From: Perkinsela sp. CCAP 1560/9
Taxonomy: Eukaryota; Protista; Euglenozoa: Kinetoplastea
DNA: 64,000 nucleotides
Assembly: GCA_965644495.1 (NCBI GenBank)
Contig: CBFFSA010000001.1
Location: forward strand, 1,240,001 to 1,304,000
Direction of reading: 5' to 3'
Positions 1-11,612 of this stretch are shown here, in pieces; position 1 is the first letter of the stretch, and the number at the start of each line of letters is the position of its first letter. Made by a program: the position numbers and the translations under genes. The notes beneath the pieces were generated by a model. The model did not search any database, had not been told where the DNA came from, and saw only the letters and a list, made by a program, of their open reading frames with translations.

Positions 1-147
1 TAGATTAAATGTACAGTGGGTGGCATTGCAATTTGGGGTTTAAGAATGTAAGCAAAGTATCTAATTTCTGTAAATCAAAAGATAAATACAAATCGTCACG
101 GGTGTAAATGAAATTATACAGACATGTTACATACTTTTTAAAGTATC

Positions 148-1935
148 GTGCTCTTTTCATGGATATCATACTCAGATTTTACATTATACAATTACACGTT
201 AATGCTTGGAGAGTCTTCTCTTTCCATTCTTGCGAAACTTTTTTTCCACGGAATTAAGGATTCTGAAATTTGCTTTGAGTCAAAACAGCAAGTAAATTTG
301 AAGTGGAATGCTTTTGATTGGGATTTTGTTCAAACCCATATGCACGAAATTTATTGTATAACTGCCTATGAGGCACTGATTCTACTGTGTGAATCTTTTC
401 CCGAAATGGTCACCACTTGCTTCTGTATATCTGAGGAGTGCAAGCTTCCATCCAACACGGGGTGTTTACTATTTTGCTTTCAATTTTGGTGTGATTCTTT
501 TTTCCGAGTGTTTAGTCCCACATTGGAGCAATGGCAGTCTGAAAAAAGTAGAAACCACAAAAATACCTACAATAGATCTGTGCAACCGGTTCATGACGCA
601 CAAGATGAGCCCTCTTGTAAACAACAAAAATTCGTCACGCCCAGTAGCAGCGAGATACGTGGGATCAAAGTATACAATGATCCACAGATAGCACCTTCGC
701 AGGACAATGCATCAAAAAAAGAAAGCCGAACAGCTGTGCAAGACCCCGACAAACGTCTTGTTTTTGTTCGGTGGTTTTATTCACTTGCTCGTTTAATTCG
801 CGGCAAGGACTTTTTATTTCGTTCACTTCTGTATCAGTGCATTGCGTGCATGCTAGTTATTTTTCGTGTTACCCATCGCATCCCCTCTATGGATACTGTA
901 TGCTCTACTCCCACAGCACAACGTCTGAAACTTTCGAGACATGCAATTAGCATTTGGGAAAGACACGTTCTCCATCAATCCAACTTTCGAATTCTGCAAC
1001 GAACGTTTTTATTTCAGCCTTTGCGGCCGAGCGGATCTCTTCTTTGGGATTTGTTTCGACACTTACTTAACGTTTTTCGACCTAGCAGAAGTTTACCTCC
1101 TTCAGTTTCGGATTCTCTGATTCATAATGGGGAAAGGCGTGCCCCGAACGATGAAGTTATTTCTCACCTTCATGAAAAGGCTTTGAAGCGTAATTTCGCG
1201 TATGGTACAGGTTTTGTAGAGCGTGTCTTTATTACTATGCTAACGCACAGAAGTGATGGAAGTATGAACTCATGCGCTTCTGCTTGCCAAGGAGAATTGA
1301 TAGACGCGTCTTTTCTTTTTCAAAAACACGGAGTCGGTGATCAAAGAATGAATATTTTTTCTGATGGCGACATGAGAAGTGCGTCCGTATCCAACCATCT
1401 ATTTTTGGCAAACAGACATAGGAATTCAAAAAGTTCGATAACTGATTTTTTAATGTACACCGGGACAGGTTTTGTCCAATTTTTTGCAGGGGCAATTTCA
1501 CTTGCTTCGGTAATTTATTGCGTCGCACATGATGAAATAGATTCTTTCGTTCACGAATTGTTTTCGTCGCAATTGTCTTGCTTTGAAGCCATGAGCGTTG
1601 ATCATGAAACCTCAATTCACAAAGAACTCGATGCACCACATTTTAAAAACGTATGTACTTCTTCGTTCTTATCCGCACCAATTTCACCCGCAACTGATGG
1701 CGATTCTCCTGATGCAGCTCAATCACGAACCCTTTCTGGATTACGGGTACTTTCTGAAAAAGAAGATTGTTCTACATTGCCTTTATCTACCACCAATTTA
1801 GTACGTCTGAACAGGAGGTACACGACCGCACACAAATCTCGGAATGTTTCGATGGAGGATTTCAAAGCACAAATTAACGTTGCCATTCTTTTGGCGTCGC
1901 AAGCATTTTTCGACTTAAGCATATTATGCAAATAA
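148..1935 (+). CDS. Hypothetical protein (start uncertain; first in-frame ATG at 199)
   Basis: 595-codon ORF on the coding strand of the cluster; no motif recognised. Confidence 0.6.
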   Translation: MLFSWISYSDFTLYNYTLMLGESSLSILAKLFFHGIKDSEICFESKQQVNLKWNAFDWDFVQTHMHEIYCITAYEALILLCESFPEMVTTCFCISEECKLPSNTGCLLFCFQFWCDSFFRVFSPTLEQWQSEKSRNHKNTYNRSVQPVHDAQDEPSCKQQKFVTPSSSEIRGIKVYNDPQIAPSQDNASKKESRTAVQDPDKRLVFVRWFYSLARLIRGKDFLFRSLLYQCIACMLVIFRVTHRIPSMDTVCSTPTAQRLKLSRHAISIWERHVLHQSNFRILQRTFLFQPLRPSGSLLWDLFRHLLNVFRPSRSLPPSVSDSLIHNGERRAPNDEVISHLHEKALKRNFAYGTGFVERVFITMLTHRSDGSMNSCASACQGELIDASFLFQKHGVGDQRMNIFSDGDMRSASVSNHLFLANRHRNSKSSITDFLMYTGTGFVQFFAGAISLASVIYCVAHDEIDSFVHELFSSQLSCFEAMSVDHETSIHKELDAPHFKNVCTSSFLSAPISPATDGDSPDAAQSRTLSGLRVLSEKEDCSTLPLSTTNLVRLNRRYTTAHKSRNVSMEDFKAQINVAILLASQAFFDLSILCK

Positions 1936-2214
1936 ATCGGTCATTTTTTTTCTTGCTTATACGTCTTTTTCCCCGTTTCTGTTTCAAAAAAATAATTCCT
2001 TCTTGCCTTGCTTAGATGCATGTTTCGTTGCTCGGTGGTTCATCCGTTTTTCTTTCATGAACTGCAGGAACATTTTAGAGTCTTGTACGACAATCCTACT
2101 TCCATGTAAAACGTTTTTTATCCAATGTCTCGTACACAAATAAGTGACTATGATTTTTTCAACACATAAACGAATCTAACGTGATTTCCCATATTTTTCT
2201 CCCCACCTTATTCC

Positions 2215-4050
2215 ATGAAACAAACCGAACCAAAATCCCACCCAACCTCTCTTCTCCACCTTGGTCGGAGCCCTACCAATCTCCCCCCACCCCCCTCCAC
2301 CCCCTCCACTACCCCCGCACTCTCCTCCGATCCCACTCTATCCAAAACTTACGCACAACTTCAAAAATCCGCACAGCTAATGTTTACGCATCGAAATCAC
2401 CATCTCACCGACACCCACACAGGGGAGAACAACCTTGTCGCGATGCAGACCTTATACGACCAGCTCTCCGAGACCCTTCGATGTGCTCAACAAAACATAG
2501 TAAACCGCGACGCCCTTCTTCTGGAGTACTCAACAAAGCGACAAGCCGAGCACACGCGAGCGGGTGAGATCGAGAAGCAGTGCAAGCGCCTCGCGGTGTG
2601 CTCCTCGATGCTACGTGCGGTGTCTGCGGTCGCGCGTCGGGGGGTTGAGGCGCTGCAGAGCGCTCTGGGTGGGGAGAGCCGTTTGGAGAGGTACGAGGCG
2701 CGGGTTAAAGCGTTGGGACTGGAGAGTGGAGCGTGGGATCGCGAAGTAAAACGGGGTGAAAGCACCGCGTTGCGGTCGAAGTTGTTGCATTTGGAGTCTT
2801 TTCTTGCGGATGTGCGTGAGAAGGGAATGCGATCGTCGTTTCTTCATGATCTTGTGGATGTAAAGGGTTCGATGGAAAAGGAAAGCGTGGTTATGGAATC
2901 AACGAATGAAGAATTTGAGAAATCTGATATCATGGGTATTCTTACCCGTTACGACGAATTAAATACTTCTCTGCGCGAATTTGAGAATCAACATCCCATC
3001 CTACGAAAGATACCATCGCTGTACGAAACTCTTTCTGATTTGAAACGTCAAGCGGGTGACGTTGAATTGGGAATGAACGATGTGAAGCTGATTTTAGATG
3101 AACAAGCTAAAGGAGAAGCGTTGCAAGAGTCTCTTGAGCACAGACAAAATGAACTTCACCACCTGGCCTTACAAGGTCTTGAAATTAATTGCTCGTATGG
3201 GAGAAATGAAATCGATGAAGAACAGACACACGAATGGAAAGCTTTGTGGGTAGCTAATCAGGACCGTTTGCAAGAGATGGTTCTATGTTATGAGAGCATT
3301 CTACGTAGTGAAAGTCAAGTGTTGCAAGAATTGAAAGTGGAGAAAGAAAAGGTGGAAGAAATATCCAAGACGTTGAAGAACTGTGAGACGCCTAAATTAA
3401 AGGATGAACAAGAAAAACTTGAACGAGATGTTGATGAAATGGAGAAAAAAATAGAATTATTGAGATCGCACAACGAAGAGCTTCATAATGAGACCTCGCT
3501 TAAGGAAAGTTGCGTCGATCAGGTTTCTCAATTTCTTCAAAACTTTGAAGAAGTACAGCATGCACTTAAACAGTGCGACAACGATGTTACTCTTAAGCTT
3601 GCGTCTTTTCCATCATTTTTGACGCAACCTGAAGGCACTACCGATCTTTTGACTCTTAAAGAACGTCTTGTAAGTATTTTAAAAGAATTTCTTCTCAAAA
3701 CCTCATCTTTTTCTGACTGCTGCGCAGACTCTGCTTACGCAGATATAATTGATTCGACTTTCGCTGCATTTTCTAAGGAACAGTACGGCTCTCTCTTGTC
3801 CTACGTTCAGTGTTTAAAGAATTTGAATTTTTCATCAGACACACTTCCAGAACGTTCAGAAGCACCAACTCCGATGAACGCTTGTGAAGTCGGCATAAAT
3901 CCCTTGGTTATCACTGAATTGTCAGCACGTTTTAATGCATTCCAAGAGCAATGTGAGAATCGAATTCATTTTTTTGAAAGTCAAATTGAGCGTAGCGAAG
4001 AGCGTGTCGCCCAGTATGTTACTGAGTCACAAGAAGAAATTATGTGCTAG
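2215..4050 (+). CDS. Coiled-coil protein, function unknown
   Basis: 611-aa ORF with E/K/L/Q-rich heptad-like stretches. Confidence 0.7.
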   Translation: MKQTEPKSHPTSLLHLGRSPTNLPPPPSTPSTTPALSSDPTLSKTYAQLQKSAQLMFTHRNHHLTDTHTGENNLVAMQTLYDQLSETLRCAQQNIVNRDALLLEYSTKRQAEHTRAGEIEKQCKRLAVCSSMLRAVSAVARRGVEALQSALGGESRLERYEARVKALGLESGAWDREVKRGESTALRSKLLHLESFLADVREKGMRSSFLHDLVDVKGSMEKESVVMESTNEEFEKSDIMGILTRYDELNTSLREFENQHPILRKIPSLYETLSDLKRQAGDVELGMNDVKLILDEQAKGEALQESLEHRQNELHHLALQGLEINCSYGRNEIDEEQTHEWKALWVANQDRLQEMVLCYESILRSESQVLQELKVEKEKVEEISKTLKNCETPKLKDEQEKLERDVDEMEKKIELLRSHNEELHNETSLKESCVDQVSQFLQNFEEVQHALKQCDNDVTLKLASFPSFLTQPEGTTDLLTLKERLVSILKEFLLKTSSFSDCCADSAYADIIDSTFAAFSKEQYGSLLSYVQCLKNLNFSSDTLPERSEAPTPMNACEVGINPLVITELSARFNAFQEQCENRIHFFESQIERSEERVAQYVTESQEEIMC

Positions 4051-4574
4051 GTATTTCTTTTGTATTTTACTTGCAATTTATTGGCTTTCTTTTAAATTCT
4101 ACCATGCGTCTAGCTTTTGTATTTTTCTTTTCAATGTAGTATGAAAAAAAAATGATCATTTTATTCTTCTAAGTCGCAATTTTTTTATCTTTTCCGATCA
4201 AAATATCTTCGTGTGATATCTTGCTTTTCAAACCTACATCGTATATAAAGTGAACTTGCTAGCTTACGTAAGCCATTCTTTCTTTCTCTTTTTCTAATAT
4301 TTAAACATATTATATTCGGTAGATTACGTTTAATCTAGAAAATATTTGGCTCGCTCGTCTAATATGTAGATAGCGTCCTTTTAGCTAGTCACATAATTCA
4401 ATTCCTCGTATTCATTTTTTTCTAAAACCTACTGTGGGTTGATTCGAAGAAACAATTTTTTGGGATATTCTGATTTAGTGTACCATTTTAAACTCCTTTT
4501 TATCGATAACGCTACGTTGTACTATTTTTCGTATATTTTTTATACACCCTTAACTGAGAATCTACCTTACTGTC

Positions 4575-4868
4575 ATGTCAGAGCCACGTTCGGGGTATCA
4601 GCTCAACACAGTGTCCTCTCTGGAAGCACGTGCCCCAAGTGAGAGCACCCAAAGCATTGCCACAGACCGAACCCTACGAACTCGTGCCTCTCTACATGCT
4701 GTGCTTCAATCGGGAGTGGGGACATCTACGGTGGCCTCCACCTACCTCTGTGCTCAGTGCAACAGTCCTGCGCAGCTACGTCCGTCCGATATGATTATCT
4801 GTCAATACTGCCAGGGACGTATTTTTTTAAAACCGAGGGGTACACCTACGACATACAGCACGAATTGA
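4575..4868 (+). CDS. RPB12: RNA polymerase I/II/III common subunit RPB12 (RPABC4)
   Basis: C-terminal YLCAQC...IICQYCQGRIFLKPR fits the RPB12 zinc ribbon YxCxxC...IxCxxCxxRIxxKxR; small size. Confidence 0.85.
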   Translation: MSEPRSGYQLNTVSSLEARAPSESTQSIATDRTLRTRASLHAVLQSGVGTSTVASTYLCAQCNSPAQLRPSDMIICQYCQGRIFLKPRGTPTTYSTN

Positions 4869-5124
4869 AAATGAGAAAGTAGTGTTACCTTTTTGGTCTC
4901 TTCCTATGACAAAATGAGACTCGAAAATATTTGTGGTGGTTCTACATGTAAGTGTGCTCAATTGACATGTACTGTTCGTGAGCATTCATCATTCTCATTG
5001 TTTATTATACTTTCTTTCATTGTTTCTTATATTGTTACCATTCATCGGGTGTTGGATTGGTCATTATTCTTTGCGTTAGGCTTCTGGCTAATTTTTAAGT
5101 CACAACAAAGTGTCACATTTATGA

Positions 5125-6525
5125 ATGTTTACAAATCAAGGCGGTGTTACTTCAGGCACTACGTGCACTACACGTGTTGCGAAGCCCACTATTGATTTTT
5201 TGCAATGCAGAAAGCGACGGAATGCTGCCAGTGAATCTTTGCGAAACTCTGCAAAGCAAAACACGTTATCTCTTAGAAGAAGCAAAAATCGTAATTCACA
5301 ACGTATTTTTATTGAGGAAGAACAAATTTCTCTCGAATTGCGACCAGCGGAAGGTCAATCTGTTGACGCACATATAGAAACGCTACTGAATCGCTATCTT
5401 TCACCAAAATCTTCTCACGAGATTGGCACTACCACGTATTGTAGCGTGGAAAAGATAACCCACGCCCTTATTTTTTATGCCATTCGTCCCTACCTTCGTC
5501 TTTCCTCCCAGCAAATTACGAAAGTTCTTGTAGGTGCCGCAACTCATATCACACAATCAAACTCAGAGGAGAGACATTTATCGGACGAAATATTTCTTCT
5601 TGAGTCCATTATCGCCGCTGTTTTTCTACAAAAGAGCGTTACCGACCCCCATCACCCACTTCCTCCTCTTACCTCCTCCTTTTTCCATCTTTTCTCCACC
5701 CTTTTCTCCCACTCACTCCAAACCCACGACAGCCTCCTCCTCCACCACACCGCCACACTTCTCCACAACTTCTCCCACATCGAACACTGGCACGCCCTCG
5801 GTTTTCTTTCCCAAATCCTCTCCCCTCTCTCCCATCCCCCCCTGTGGCAACCTGTCGCCCTCCACAGTCTCCTCAAATGTCTTGTCCTCTTCCTCACCGC
5901 GCCCGACGCGCTCCTCCTCTCCACCCTCCCCTCCCACCCCGCGCTCCCCGATCTGCTCGCCTCCCTTCTCCTCCACCCCTGCCCCTTTGTACGGCAAACC
6001 ACCGCCCTGGCCCTGAGTAACCTCATCGCCCACGATCCCCCCGGGGCTCGCCTTTCTCCTTTTATTTTATCTTATCATCTTATTCCTCCTCTTCTGTATG
6101 TTACCCAAAAGGCGGCTGTGGGTTCGATGGAACACACAGAGCTCCTGTGGTGTGTGGCCAACCTGGTTGCCGTCGGGGGACGGGATCCCATTCGAGCGTT
6201 GGTCCAGCACGGGGGGGTTGCGGTTCTGTGTGAGGCGTTTCGGAACGCGTGTGGGGCGCACGAGGGGGGGGTGGGGTACGAGCCCCGAAAGGTTTCGAGA
6301 AATGCCTTTTTGGTGTTAGAAGCCATGGGGAATGTGTTGTGCGCGCAACAGGAGGATTTCCTTCATGGGGTGTCGGATCACAATGTGGCGTTGCGGGTGA
6401 TGGAGGAGAGAGAGGGGATGAGTGGGGCGGAGGTAGGGTTGTTGACGCAAGGGTGTGATGACCCGGCGTTTGTGCAGCTTGCAGAGTATGTGGAGACGAA
6501 TTTTATGAGTTGTTTGCACGCGTGA
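5125..6525 (+). CDS. Divergent importin-alpha-like ARM-repeat protein
   Basis: IBB-like N-terminus (RKRRNAASESLRNSAKQNTLSLRR); ARM-type motifs ALALSNLIA, LLWCVANLVA, LEAMGNVL. Confidence 0.65.
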   Translation: MFTNQGGVTSGTTCTTRVAKPTIDFLQCRKRRNAASESLRNSAKQNTLSLRRSKNRNSQRIFIEEEQISLELRPAEGQSVDAHIETLLNRYLSPKSSHEIGTTTYCSVEKITHALIFYAIRPYLRLSSQQITKVLVGAATHITQSNSEERHLSDEIFLLESIIAAVFLQKSVTDPHHPLPPLTSSFFHLFSTLFSHSLQTHDSLLLHHTATLLHNFSHIEHWHALGFLSQILSPLSHPPLWQPVALHSLLKCLVLFLTAPDALLLSTLPSHPALPDLLASLLLHPCPFVRQTTALALSNLIAHDPPGARLSPFILSYHLIPPLLYVTQKAAVGSMEHTELLWCVANLVAVGGRDPIRALVQHGGVAVLCEAFRNACGAHEGGVGYEPRKVSRNAFLVLEAMGNVLCAQQEDFLHGVSDHNVALRVMEEREGMSGAEVGLLTQGCDDPAFVQLAEYVETNFMSCLHA

Positions 6526-6887
6526 GGGGGGAAGGGGGTGGGGGAATATGAAGTTATGGGTAAGATGGGAGAGGGAAAATCTGTGGGTGTGTAAAAGGTT
6601 TTTGCTTTGAAATGCAAAATAAAATTGTTTTTAAATGCAAACTAAAACTTACATTGTTAAATTTACGATTACTGTCCCCCATAGTATATACCGCACTCAA
6701 GCTTTGTTCTCATTTGCGAGGGCTGTACTTCATCGTCTTAGGAATCCGATTTTTTCATAAAAAAGATTTCTTTACTGGTAAAAAAACGGTTTTTCGTGAT
6801 ATGTGGATCATTTTTTACGAAGTTTTTATTTTGGTATTCTCTTCCACGTACATTAATTTTCTTGCTTGCACATTTATTGTACTACGT

Positions 6888-7745
6888 ATGGAACACGAAA
6901 GCGATTCCGAGAATTGTAGTCCCTCTTTTCAATGGAAGCAACGCTTGCAAGAGGTGTTGGAGACAAAATCGGAGCGTATGCATGCGCTACGGGAGGCTCG
7001 TGAGAAAAAGTCTCAGATTATTTCCAGCATTGAGAAATTGAAGTCAAAACGTCAACGTCAATCTAAGCAGTATGATTCGCAACTCTCAGCCCTCACAAAG
7101 CAATTAGGTACCGCACGGAAGAAAGCACAAAAGTGGAGTGAGCGTCGTGCAGAATTAGAGGGAAAGAAGGAAGCCTTGTCGGAAAACTATAATTCATTGT
7201 ATCAGAAGGCGTTGAACGTTCAGGATCGGGAGACTGAGGCTACGGAAAAAGAAAAACAACGTGAGGAAGAAATAGCACGGCGCACAGATGAAATAGAACA
7301 AAATCATGAAATTCTACTTTCTCAACTTAACGAATTAACTTTGGCGAAAGAGAAGACTCATGAATCTCTGCACCAAACTGTTGCAGAAATTCAATCCTCA
7401 TTGTCTGAACTCACACAAGAAACAGCATCGGACACTAATACGGATAAAGAGAATTCTCACTTGAATGATGTTATTGTTTCTCTTACCCACCCAATATTTT
7501 ATGCGGAACCTTTGACGTTTGAGACACAGGATGATCTTTCGGCGCTTCATAAGAAAGTTGAACATTGTACGGAAAACCTACATAAAGCATTTGCACACTC
7601 TTTGGAATCTCACCAAGAGGCTAATACTGCGTGTCATGAATGCATCCAAAAAATACATTCAGTTGATCATGAGATGAAATTGGCAAAAGCTGAAATTATA
7701 GAACTTGAAAACAGGGCAATTGCTTTTACACGCTCGTGTCAATAA
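6888..7745 (+). CDS. Coiled-coil protein (likely start MEHESD at 6888)
   Basis: Strongly coiled-coil ORF; the 5' extension from 6612 is T-rich and looks intergenic. Confidence 0.65.
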   Translation: MEHESDSENCSPSFQWKQRLQEVLETKSERMHALREAREKKSQIISSIEKLKSKRQRQSKQYDSQLSALTKQLGTARKKAQKWSERRAELEGKKEALSENYNSLYQKALNVQDRETEATEKEKQREEEIARRTDEIEQNHEILLSQLNELTLAKEKTHESLHQTVAEIQSSLSELTQETASDTNTDKENSHLNDVIVSLTHPIFYAEPLTFETQDDLSALHKKVEHCTENLHKAFAHSLESHQEANTACHECIQKIHSVDHEMKLAKAEIIELENRAIAFTRSCQ

Positions 7746-8037
7746 AAGACGAGCAACAAATACAAACAATGGTAGCAAATTCATTTACTTAATTACTTGA
7801 ATAGATCTGTATAATTTTTGTTTTGGCTTGCATCTTTTTGGCTTACCGTACTGTGTAACTAGTATGAAACGAGTAAAGGTATCAAATTACACACCTACGA
7901 AGAGAAAGGACAAAATCTATCCATATTTTATCAATATTATGGATCACGCATCCTGTGTTTTCTAATTTCAAAGAAGGCTTCGAAGTTGTTTTTCTTGCTT
8001 TTATGCAAGGCAGTGATTGTACGGCCAACCTTTATCC

Positions 8038-8889
8038 ATGATTCCCTCCGCATTTGTGTTCCATGATGAACCACCTTTAAAACGAATCCGACGAGACGAA
8101 ACCGCATCCGACACGGTGGACATGTTAAAAACCTCACAGCGTCGTCCTTCAAAGGTTCGTGGTGCTTCACTACCCCAGGAATACATCTTGGAGCGTCTTG
8201 TGTCAAATGCGTCGAATCGACATCGATCATGGAACTCTAGCGTTCCCGCATGTGATTGGGAAATGGTAGAGTGCTACGAGGAGAATACTGTCACAGGACT
8301 TATCTGGACCGATCTCAACTTAGGGGGGACGCTCTGTTGGGAGTACCTACCCAGCACGTTGTATGCCGTACACGCCGAGGAAAATATGTTAGAAGGAAAT
8401 TTCACTTGGCCACACATGTTGCCCGAAATGACAAGCATACGACTAGACGAGAACTATTTCATGGGAAACGTAGATCTGCGAAATTTGCCCCGCGTTCTGG
8501 AGGAGCTGCATTTGAGCATGAACTCATTTAGTGGTGAAATAGATCTCACATGTCTTCCGCAAACTTTGCAAGCGTTGTTCTTGAGCTGTAATGAATTTTC
8601 TGGAACAGTAGATTTAACTAATTTACCGGACGAACTTGAATATTTGGGACTTGGCAAAAATGAACTCAGTGGAGCACTTAATTTTTCCAAGTTTCCTTTT
8701 TCACTGCAATATGTGTATCTCAATGACAATAAATTTGGTGGAACTATAAAATTGGCATCCCCTCCAGGCAACCTATCTCAATTGTGGGTGCAAGGTAATG
8801 TAGATCTTGAAGGTTTAGTTTATCAATACGATCTTCCATATACCTTCCAATTCAAGTACCAGCGCACCAAAATTGTTCTGCGGAAATAG
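8038..8889 (+). CDS. LRR-family protein 1 (NLS-like N-terminus)
   Basis: PPLKRIRR, then cap LPQEY..SW....ACDW..V.C, then repeats LPxxLxxLxLxxNxFxGxxDL. Confidence 0.9.
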   Translation: MIPSAFVFHDEPPLKRIRRDETASDTVDMLKTSQRRPSKVRGASLPQEYILERLVSNASNRHRSWNSSVPACDWEMVECYEENTVTGLIWTDLNLGGTLCWEYLPSTLYAVHAEENMLEGNFTWPHMLPEMTSIRLDENYFMGNVDLRNLPRVLEELHLSMNSFSGEIDLTCLPQTLQALFLSCNEFSGTVDLTNLPDELEYLGLGKNELSGALNFSKFPFSLQYVYLNDNKFGGTIKLASPPGNLSQLWVQGNVDLEGLVYQYDLPYTFQFKYQRTKIVLRK

Positions 8890-9461
8890 AAAATGCGGTA
8901 GCCCTCTGGTTGGGTTCAAATTTGTGAGTGGAGAACAACTAATGCGTTTGATGTACAAATTTGTGTGGAATCGCATCCATATTATAGATTTTTCTGCTTT
9001 TGTTCCTCACACTTTTCTTAAGAAATCATCAGTGAAGAGATACTCTTCCCTACTTAAGAGTCCGAAAAGTGCTTTGCTAGAAGTGATCTCCGATGAATAT
9101 AATGAAGCCATTACTCTTTTTGGTGAAGCAGGTATCATTTTTAATTCCCAATTGACAATTATCAGATCTTCCCAATCTATCAATTATTGACAGATATTTC
9201 GCTTATGGAAATGATCTAAGACAGAGGCAATCTAGTTCTTCAAAGCAATATTGGAATGTGTATTTCTTGTCCAAGAATAAAATGTAAGTTGATCAAAATT
9301 AAGTGTAATTCGAAAAATTACGCAACAAACTTTTCACAAATTTTTGCGATCACTGTGTGTATGATAAATCGCATGCTAAACTGGTCTGTCAACGCCTCTG
9401 TGGTTTGTGTCAGATCTGGGAAACGTGCGAAAGATCTTGTTTCCTACATAATAATATAGTA

Positions 9462-9790
9462 CTGTACCCCCTCTGTTTATAATACCCTCCCTTTTGCCCA
9501 AATAAACCTATAAATGGGGGAGGGCGATTAAAAGTTGGCACAGAAATCGCCCTACATTTGAGAGCGAGGGACCAGGAATTATCCTATCGCCTTTAAGTGG
9601 TCCCCGGCGCTCTCCTAAAGTAAAATGTCCAGCACGAACCCGCGCATACTTCGAAGCACCATGTGAAAATACATTATCAAAATATTTAAGACGGTGGAAG
9701 AAACTTTAAAAACTCTTCCTCGGTTTGCCAAAAAAAAAGAACCTATAAAGGGTGGAGGAGTCGAGGCTATTATAAACAGGGGGGGTACAG
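9462..9790. mobile_element. MITE, Tc1/mariner-type (TA TSD)
   Basis: TIR ctgtaccccctctgtttataata / tattataaacaggggggg-tacag, with TA on both sides. Confidence 0.85.
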
Positions 9791-9834
9791 TACATGTATT
9801 TGCAGTGGTTGTATGTGTTTGCGCTGGTTGTATA

Positions 9835-10520
9835 CACCCCTGTACAGCTTCATTTACCCCCCCCTACAGGTCTTGTATTTTGTTCGATTTTGGAAATATC
9901 TGGTATATTAATTGGAGTTGTCTATATAATTAGAAATATTTTATAACGGCTCAATGTTTGTATTACATGTACATTTGTTTTATGTTGGGATTCATCCATT
10001 GATTATTCACGATAAAAGTTTTGACTACGGTATTATATTGGATTATATTGGATATTATTAATACCCTTTCTTTTCTATCACGAATTGAAGTCGTTTGCGA
10101 TAGTTTTTAAAAGGATTTCTTAATTTGTCAACATGTTCTCCTGTTAAAAGGTCGAATGTTTTAATGATAACGTCGTGTAATTCGCGTCTATTCTTAGGTT
10201 AGGGATTTTGGTTCTTTGTACCTTGCTATGATCAGTGATCGCCTTTCCGGTGCAATGCGCTGATTTGGGAGAGAGAATTCCGATATCTCTTGACCATTAA
10301 GAAAAAAATGTAAAAAAATGGCTTTTTTTAGGGTGGACAAACGAAAAACGGGTTTTTCGACGAAACTTTTAAGGTCTTGGAAGAAAAAAGGTCGCTCGAG
10401 GGAAAAGGACAGCTGATTCGAGACGATTGGGTCGAAAAACAGTCCCATACCAAATATCTCCAAAGTCGAACAAAATACAGGACCTGTAAGGGAGGGGGTA
10501 GATGAAGCTCGACAGGGGTG
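9835..10520. mobile_element. MITE with long (~70 bp) imperfect TIRs, TA TSD
   Basis: cacccctgtacagcttcatttaccccc...ggtcttgtattttgttcgattttgga is the inverse of ...tccaaagtcgaacaaaatacaggacc...gatgaagctcgacaggggtg. A related terminus recurs near 59330-59405. Confidence 0.8.
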
Positions 10521-10522
10521 TA

Positions 10523-11510
10523 ACTACCGCTCTACCCTCGATTGAAAAAGTGAACAAAAACAGTGAAAATAATACAAAATATTGCGGGGGTTCTTTACAA
10601 CCTCTGCCTCTTCGTCTTTATGGTGAACCGAGACGGGTGATAAAATCCCGAAAAAGGGGGGGTATGGTCGATGAAAGGGATACTGTTGATTTTCATTTTC
10701 TCCAGAGGGTCTGATTAGCCAAGTCGTCAGGTCCAGTGACTCTACATCTGAGAGGGCTGGGTTCCCCAGGAGAAACACCCCATTACAGGGTACTCGCTCC
10801 CTACACACTCCATGCATCCTCCTGCGCCCCCAACCTGGACCCGGCTTCGCCCCCCCTATACCTTCCATATATCCCCCTGGAGTCCCCTAGACCCCCCACC
10901 CGGATTCGCCAGCGAACTCCATAGCCAAAAAAAACGCCAAGTACCTTTGCCATTGGTTTCTCTTGGGACCTGACTGTGTTTGCCTGGGTTTGCATTTTAC
11001 TGGTTTCAGCCCCCTAAATCAGGGCTATTTGGCGGCCACGTGGAAGGCCATGTGTCGCCCAGAACATTCACTCTCATTTCCAACAATTTATCTCTTACCT
11101 TCAAAGAGGAGTGAGGAAACATTAAAATCGAGGGACAATTGCTTTTTTGAGACTCCCTGACCGTGTCGCATCCTCAAGAGAACCTTCCCGCTATTCGTAA
11201 CCCCCCTTTTGGCAGTCAGTATGCGGATTTGGTCATTTTTTCGAAGAACCATTACAAGACTTTTTTTAATTTTTTAACAAGCTTAAAATGAGCTAGAAAT
11301 AGCGCGAACGTGCGGATCTCGATATCACGTGTAAAAAAAAGTGGGAGGGTGACTTATTCGTTGGGCGGGGTTCAGAAGAAAAAAATATAAAAGGGGGCCC
11401 CGGTGGTCCAAATTTGAAAAACAAATTAAAAAAATGGGGGGTCCATGGAGGGGGGGCATACGCGCTTTTTTGAAATTTTAAAAATTTTGTTTTTCGAAAG
11501 TCATACATCT
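10523..11510. repeat. Composite repeat: copy of the 21.9-22.1 kb family interrupted by a non-autonomous relative of the Tc1 element
   Basis: About 10523-10575 and 11380-11460 are reverse complements of about 22030-22103 and 21945-22020. About 11280-11372 matches (inverted) the left TIR and subterminal region of the 59487 element. Boundaries approximate. Confidence 0.6.
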
Positions 11511-11514
11511 CCTC

Positions 11515-11612
11515 TGTACGGTACTTCGTACTAAACGTAGTACGGACCCCGTATTTCGTACTAGTACGTTCTAAGTACCGTACTATCCGTACTTAGTACG
11601 AAGGTCCGTACT
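11515..11612. repeat. GTAC-rich palindromic repeat patch
   Basis: About 10 copies of GTAC within cgtact/agtacg motifs in ~100 bp. Confidence 0.6.

Noticed and set aside
5534-6458. Overlapping and antisense ORFs in C-rich/G-rich genes (also 25.0-26.5, 40.1-41.6, 46.0-47.0, 49.3-50.7, 57.2-58.0 kb)
   Set aside because: Stop-poor shadows of skewed composition, with no protein motifs.
10745-10800. Hammerhead ribozyme (ctgagag...ctggg/cccag...gaaac)
   Set aside because: The core is not CUGANGA, there is no proper NUH site after stem III, and no stem I pairing was found.
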